DNA of 64,000 bases from Bacteroidales bacterium (GTDB lineage Bacteria > Bacteroidota > Bacteroidia > Bacteroidales > VadinHA17), in contig JAGNKY010000001.1 in NCBI GenBank assembly GCA_017999895.1, positions 218,715-282,714 on the forward strand, written 5' to 3'. Positions 59,148 through 64,000 of this stretch are shown in pieces. Under the pieces are notes generated by a model, which saw only the letters and a program-made list of their open reading frames with translations, had not been told where the DNA came from and searched no databases. Position numbers and translations under genes: made by a program. The stretch's first letter is position 1, and each line of letters opens with the position of its first letter.

Positions 59148-59176
59148 AAAGAAGGGGGACTTCAACTCCCTTCTTT
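59148..59176 (+). terminator. hairpin between P4 and propeller 5 (possible partial terminator/attenuator)
   Basis: AAAGAAGGG-N11-CCCTTCTTT followed by AATTTT, 22 nt after the P4 stop. Confidence 0.45.
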
Positions 59177-59188
59177 AATTTTGATAAG

Positions 59189-60424
59189 ATGATAATAAAA
59201 ATAAACATGAAGATAAATATGAAGATAAATATGGGGACATTTGATAAGTTATTATCAAATGTTTTAATTCTTTCATTATTGGCAATTAGCTGTAGAACCT
59301 CAAGTACTAAGGCCGACAGTCATATAATCACTTTTAACTTAAATAAGCTTCCCAAAATTTCAGAAGTAAAATTATCAGATCTTGGATTTACTGACATTGA
59401 ATATATCCTACTGGAAACAAATGATCAAAGCATGGTCCCAATGATTAACAATGTATTATTTGGGGATAACTACTTTTTAACACTTTTTTTTACGAATATA
59501 CTTATGTATAGATATGATGGAAAGTTTGTTACAAAAATAGGAACAGAAGGAAGAGGCCCGGAAGAGTTTACTGTTGTTCATGATGTAGATATCAATAGAA
59601 ATAATCAAAAAATTTATTTGGCTGATGGGTGGCAAAAGAAATTTTATGTTTATTCAGAAAGCGGGGGATTTGTTAATACATTTCGGACTTATATTCAAGG
59701 CAATATTTCCTTTAGATTCACTGAAGATGGAATTTTATGCTACAATAAGAATTCACTTGGGAATGTTGAAAACAGTTATACTTTGATTGATACTTCAGGT
59801 AAAATCATAAAAAATTTCCCTAATAAGTATCTTTGGAATTTAAGACAAAAAAATACAGTCATTTTTAATGAGAACCTTTTTTATCGTTTTAATAACAAGC
59901 TTTATAAGAAAGAGATTTATTCTGACACTATATTTATTTTCGAACATTCTTATTTTAAACCTCACTTAATTATTAAGCATGGGGATAAATTATTAACCAC
60001 GAAAGCACGCTCAGAATATGACCCAAGAATACTTTCAGAAAAGTTTATATCACAAAAGAATCTTTTTGAATTTGGTGATTATATTTATTATGAGTTTACT
60101 TATGATTCTAAAAGAAATGAGGGTATTACTTTTAAAGGTTTTATTGGTTCAAAAAAAGATAACACTCAGTTCTTAATTAATTCTGAAAATGGTATAGTTA
60201 ATGATCTGGACGGTGGGCCTGGTTTTTGGCCTAAAACTATAAAAGATGACCGCACGGTTGTTTCATGGGTTGAGGCTTTGAAATTAAAGAAATATATTGA
60301 TTCAGATTTGTTTAAAAATTCAACTCCCAAATACCCTGAAAAGAAGAAAGAGCTTGAAAAACTTGCAAACAGTCTTAAAGAGACCGATAATCCGGTTTTG
60401 ATGATTGTACGATTGAAAGAATAA
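59189..60424 (+). CDS. exported six-bladed beta-propeller lipoprotein, paralogue 5
   Basis: 411-aa ORF. The likely true start is ATG 59231 (MGTFDKLL...LLAISC lipobox). GRGPEEF, NDLDGGPGFWP, and a tail near-identical to paralogue 2. Confidence 0.85.
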   Translation: MIIKINMKINMKINMGTFDKLLSNVLILSLLAISCRTSSTKADSHIITFNLNKLPKISEVKLSDLGFTDIEYILLETNDQSMVPMINNVLFGDNYFLTLFFTNILMYRYDGKFVTKIGTEGRGPEEFTVVHDVDINRNNQKIYLADGWQKKFYVYSESGGFVNTFRTYIQGNISFRFTEDGILCYNKNSLGNVENSYTLIDTSGKIIKNFPNKYLWNLRQKNTVIFNENLFYRFNNKLYKKEIYSDTIFIFEHSYFKPHLIIKHGDKLLTTKARSEYDPRILSEKFISQKNLFEFGDYIYYEFTYDSKRNEGITFKGFIGSKKDNTQFLINSENGIVNDLDGGPGFWPKTIKDDRTVVSWVEALKLKKYIDSDLFKNSTPKYPEKKKELEKLANSLKETDNPVLMIVRLKE

Positions 60425-60554
60425 ATAAAACTGTAGTCCGGCCACTGACGGGCGATAGAAATGGATTTAAAGTTTATATAAAGTATAACCGATTGATCAA
60501 TAAACTGCTTTTATAATTTGTTGATATTTAATGTATAACTAAAACTATATTTCT

Positions 60555-61706
60555 ATGAAAAGGTTTTTAATCCAGCTTCTGTTTTTTGGCCTGTATAATA
60601 GTATTTTTTGCCAGCAGTTGCCTGTTTTAAATCTTTCTTCAGCAATTGGAAACCTTGAAAATATTACTTTAAGCGACTTTGTCGAATCCGTTACATATAT
60701 TCCTCTTGCCACCACTTATGACTGTCTCGTAGATAAGAATCCGAAAGTTTATGTTACCAAAGATTACATAGTAACAGTAACGTTTTTAAGGTGTCTTGTT
60801 TTCAACCGAAAGAATGGGGAATTTATACGTGAGATTGGGAGTTATGGCCGCGGACCCGGGGAATTTCAGAACGCCAGAGGGTTCTTAAACGAACATATTC
60901 CTGCATGTTACTTTAATGGATGGAATGGAAATCTGGTCAAGTATTCGATTGACGGCGCTTTCAGGGGAAATGTAAGGATACCTGGTTTTAAAGATAACTT
61001 CGATTCTCTTTCTCTCCCAATGAATTATTCTTATCTGAACGATTCAATTATAGTATGTGATCTTTTGATTGCTTCCGGAATCGAACCCAATTCACTAATG
61101 ATATTTAATGAGAAGGGCGAAGCCTTAAAGATTTTTCCTAACAGAAATATTTTAGAAACTAAACGAAATTTTGTGCTTCGAACCGGCGAAACGAGTTTTT
61201 ACCATTTTAACAACAATTTATTCTTTCAAAGTATGTACAATGATACTGTATTCCGGATATCCATCGACAAAATAACTCCATATTTTATTCTCAACCGTGG
61301 TAAACATAGTCCTCCGTTTGAATCAAAATGGTGGTCATTCGACAAGCAACTGCAATCAAATTTTATTTCTCAACCGGTATATCTTGAAAATGAGCGATAC
61401 ATCTCATTCAATTTCTATCTGAGCAAGAATAAATATTTTGCACTGTATGATAAATCATTGAAATTACTTAAAGTCACCGACAATAACTCCGGAATTAAGA
61501 ATGATATTGATGGATTCATGAATATAACATTCGATTCTATGAATTGGGAAGGAGAGTTGATTGGCATTCTTCAGGCAAATGAACTGGTAAGCTGGATAGA
61601 AAAGAATCCTGAAAAATTCAAAAAACTGAATCCTGCATTACAGAAATTAGGGAATATCGGGATGTGGGATAATCCGGTAGTTATTATCGGAAAATATAAG
61701 AGATAG
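60555..61706 (+). CDS. exported six-bladed beta-propeller protein, paralogue 6 (most divergent, no adjacent peptide gene)
   Basis: 383 aa. Signal peptide, GRGPGEF, a degenerate C-terminal motif (NDIDGFMNITF), tail DNPVVIIGKYKR. Confidence 0.8.
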   Translation: MKRFLIQLLFFGLYNSIFCQQLPVLNLSSAIGNLENITLSDFVESVTYIPLATTYDCLVDKNPKVYVTKDYIVTVTFLRCLVFNRKNGEFIREIGSYGRGPGEFQNARGFLNEHIPACYFNGWNGNLVKYSIDGAFRGNVRIPGFKDNFDSLSLPMNYSYLNDSIIVCDLLIASGIEPNSLMIFNEKGEALKIFPNRNILETKRNFVLRTGETSFYHFNNNLFFQSMYNDTVFRISIDKITPYFILNRGKHSPPFESKWWSFDKQLQSNFISQPVYLENERYISFNFYLSKNKYFALYDKSLKLLKVTDNNSGIKNDIDGFMNITFDSMNWEGELIGILQANELVSWIEKNPEKFKKLNPALQKLGNIGMWDNPVVIIGKYKR

Positions 61707-62292
61707 GGATTCGTCATATTTTACTGTATACAAGATAGATAATGATGCCTGTACAAATCAAATAATTTTGTTGATTAATACTTTTTATTCTTTTACCACG
61801 GAGCGCACGGATTGGCACGGAATGAATCCGTGTTAACCCGTGAATTCTAAGATAAAAACAAATTTTTAAACGATTTTTTGTTGATAAGTTATTACATAGG
61901 GTGTTTGTCTCCGTGGTGAATTATTCCTGTTATTACTCATTGTGACACCAAAAATATTAATATTGATTATCAATGTTGTATTATGTAGCGACCTGAAAAA
62001 GTGCAGAAAACAAGGAATGAGTGTTATTTTTTATGCGGAGGGGAATGTCTTTAACATACTTTTCTTAAATTCCAGAAACAACATATTTCTGTTTTTCTAC
62101 AAAAATATATAAAAATATAAATATATTAAACAGCTACAAAGTAAAGAATCCTTCATGAAAAAAGTATAGAATATTAGTTTTTTATCTTTACTTGTAAATA
62201 CAAGTTAAAATTCTTATTTTAGCACTCTCATAAAATTCATTTATCAGGGATAAATTGATTTTTAAATATATCCGTAAGTTAATAAATGTAAG

Positions 62293-63555
62293 ATGGCAAC
62301 TCCCGTAATAATGCCAAAGCAAGGCCAATCGGTCGAAACCTGTGTTATAATGACCTGGTTTAAAAATAAAGGCGATTATGTAAAAACTGGCGATATTCTA
62401 TGTTCTTACGAAACAGATAAAGCCTCTTTCGAGCTCGAGTCACCTGCCGAAGGATCTCTTCTCGAGATATTTTTCCCCGAAGGAGCGGAGGTGCCTGTCC
62501 TGACGAATATTGCAGTAATTGGCAGGGAAGGCGAGGATATAGAGGCTTTCAGACCTGGCTCTGCCGGTGCTTCGGCCCCAGCCGAAACATCGAAAAAAGA
62601 AACTTTAGAACAAGCGACTGCCGAATCTACGGTTTCATCCCTTTCTGTAACAGAAACAGGAGGGAAGATACGCATATCGCCGCGTGCCAGAAACCTTGCC
62701 CTTGCAAAGGGAGTGCCTATTACACAGATAAAAGGCACCGGCCCCAACGGAAGAATAATTGTAAGAGACATCGAGAATGCCCTTAAAGGTTATACGCCTT
62801 TGGAGGCAACTAAAGAGCCTGAGCCTGCCTTATCCGGTACAGAAAACGAATACACAGATAAACCGCTTTCGAATGTAAGAAGGATTATTGCAGGTGCTAT
62901 GCATGCTTCACTGCAGAATTCTGCACAGCTCACCCACCACATGAGCGCAGATGTGAGAAAACTCCTCGAGGCAAGGAAAAAGATAAAAGAGGAACGTGCA
63001 TCGGGTAAGAGCGTGCCCGACATCACACTGAACGATATGGTTTGTTTTTGTGTGATAAAAGCCCTGAGGAAGTTTCCTGAGGCGAACAGCCATTTCCTTG
63101 GAGATTATATCCGTATCTTCAATAGTGTACACCTTGGCCTTGCTGTGGATACCGAACGCGGATTGATGGTTCCTGCCATAAAAAATGCATGCCGGATGAC
63201 TCTTCCCGTTCTTTCGAAAGAGCTGAAGTCTGCCGCTGAGGCGTGTCGTAAGGGGAACATCAACCCCGAACTGATTCAAAGCACAGCCGCCTCATTCACC
63301 GTCACAAACCTTGGTGCATACGGCGTGGAAATGTTTACACCGGTAATCAATCTTCCACAGGTTGCTATACTGGGTGTTTGTACTATAACATACCGGCCGG
63401 CCGACATTAGCAACGGAGTGATGGGATTCATCCCGGTCATCGGCCTGTCACTCACTTACGACCACAGAGCCATAGACGGCGGACCGGCAACACTATTCCT
63501 GAAAGAAATCAAAGAACAGATTGAAGGTTTTAACTTTAATGAACATATAACATAA
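62293..63555 (+). CDS. 2-oxoacid dehydrogenase E2 (dihydrolipoamide acyltransferase)
   Basis: 420 aa. Lipoyl domain (ETDKASFE), E3/E1-binding domain (ISPRARNLALAKGV), catalytic DHRAIDG. Confidence 0.93.
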   Translation: MATPVIMPKQGQSVETCVIMTWFKNKGDYVKTGDILCSYETDKASFELESPAEGSLLEIFFPEGAEVPVLTNIAVIGREGEDIEAFRPGSAGASAPAETSKKETLEQATAESTVSSLSVTETGGKIRISPRARNLALAKGVPITQIKGTGPNGRIIVRDIENALKGYTPLEATKEPEPALSGTENEYTDKPLSNVRRIIAGAMHASLQNSAQLTHHMSADVRKLLEARKKIKEERASGKSVPDITLNDMVCFCVIKALRKFPEANSHFLGDYIRIFNSVHLGLAVDTERGLMVPAIKNACRMTLPVLSKELKSAAEACRKGNINPELIQSTAASFTVTNLGAYGVEMFTPVINLPQVAILGVCTITYRPADISNGVMGFIPVIGLSLTYDHRAIDGGPATLFLKEIKEQIEGFNFNEHIT

Positions 63556-63588
63556 TGAAGAATAATTTGAAGATGAGGAGAATGGGAA

Positions 63589-63641
63589 ATGACTACTGAA
63601 TGACTACTGAATGACCATTGAATGACCATTGAATGACATTC
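63589..63641. repeat. 11-bp tandem repeat, about 4.8 copies (ATGACYAYTGA)
   Basis: ATGACTACTGA ATGACTACTGA ATGACCATTGA ATGACCATTGA ATGACATTC, in the E2-E1 intergenic spacer. Confidence 0.85.
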
Positions 63642-63697
63642 TAATTAAAAACTACACCATTGCAGTATTAAAAACTAAAATATTATTAATTCAGACT

Positions 63698-64000
63698 ATG
63701 CCAAAAAGCCTTAACATTTATCCCGGAGAAGTCAGAAAACCGGGTTTTATCGAATTCGGTAAAATTCCTTTGAATCAGTATGACAGGTCAATCGAAGAAG
63801 AGCGTGTAAACTATTCTGATGCCGATTTTATAAGGATATACCGCGACATGGCTATTATACGCGAGTTCGAGACGATGCTCAACAGCATCAAAACGAAGAA
63901 CGAATACAGAGGCATATCCTATAACCATCCAGGGCCTGCACACCTTTCGATAGGTCAGGAAGCGGCCGCCGTAGGCATGGCTTATACCCTCGGCATCGAC
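63698..64000 (+). CDS. 2-oxoacid dehydrogenase E1 component alpha subunit (5' partial, runs off the window)
   Basis: MPKSLNIYPGEV...IYRDMAIIREFE...GPAHLSIGQEAAAVG is typical of a TPP-dependent E1 alpha N-terminus. The frame is open to the window end. Confidence 0.85.
   Translation, partial: MPKSLNIYPGEVRKPGFIEFGKIPLNQYDRSIEEERVNYSDADFIRIYRDMAIIREFETMLNSIKTKNEYRGISYNHPGPAHLSIGQEAAAVGMAYTLGID

Noticed and set aside
44342-61706. Lanthipeptide or radical-SAM (GG-Bacteroidales rSAM-type) RiPP cluster
   Set aside because: No LanB/LanM/LanKC dehydratase, intact LanC, or radical-SAM/SPASM ORF is present. The only LanC-like trace is a start-less ~45-codon fragment. The VKOR-thioredoxin fusion and the even Cys counts point to disulfide maturation instead.
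43887-61706. Prophage, ICE or conjugative element
   Set aside because: There are no integrase, relaxase, T4SS, capsid or terminase genes and no flanking tRNA. The only mobility genes are one intact and one decayed IS256-family element.

Overview
This window is from an AT-rich Bacteroidota (Bacteroidales-like) chromosome. About 1-43.8 kb and 62.3-64 kb are ordinary housekeeping genes: a BFN nuclease, GH97, thyA-folA, tig-clpP-clpX next to tRNA-Leu(UAG), lptB, tatC, recQ, a GT2, and a split arginine/carbamoyl-phosphate cluster (carB | argR-argG-argH | carA). They also include an ABCG-like transporter, rsmA, a MacB/FtsX permease, purH-mreBCD-mrdA-rodA, acpH, pgi, lysS, two sugar kinases with a GntR regulator, and a 2-oxoacid dehydrogenase E2/E1 operon. 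Between them lies an ~18-kb accessory island (43.9-61.7 kb), bounded on the left by a decayed IS256-family remnant. This island is the candidate novel system. It holds four small genes for cysteine-rich peptides (6 or 8 Cys) with double-glycine leaders, and six divergent paralogues of an exported NHL-like six-bladed beta-propeller lipoprotein. Every peptide gene sits directly upstream of a propeller gene. There is one copy each of a C39-like-domain/VKOR/thioredoxin fusion (probable leader-guided disulfide oxidase), a C39-peptidase ABC exporter and an HlyD adaptor. The cassettes have conserved 5' flanks (20-nt box, promoter region, leader) and 3' flanks (propeller C-terminus) around hypervariable centres. 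They are separated by unusual GC-rich degenerate heptanucleotide arrays, consensus (RRRGCNN)n. The same arrays occur in frame inside the C39 domain of the ABC exporter, abut truncated gene fragments (an ABC 5' end and a LanC-like N-terminus), and host an intact IS256-family insertion with an 8-bp target duplication. No tools were run. All family assignments come from motif recognition in the supplied translations and from reading the nucleotide sequence.
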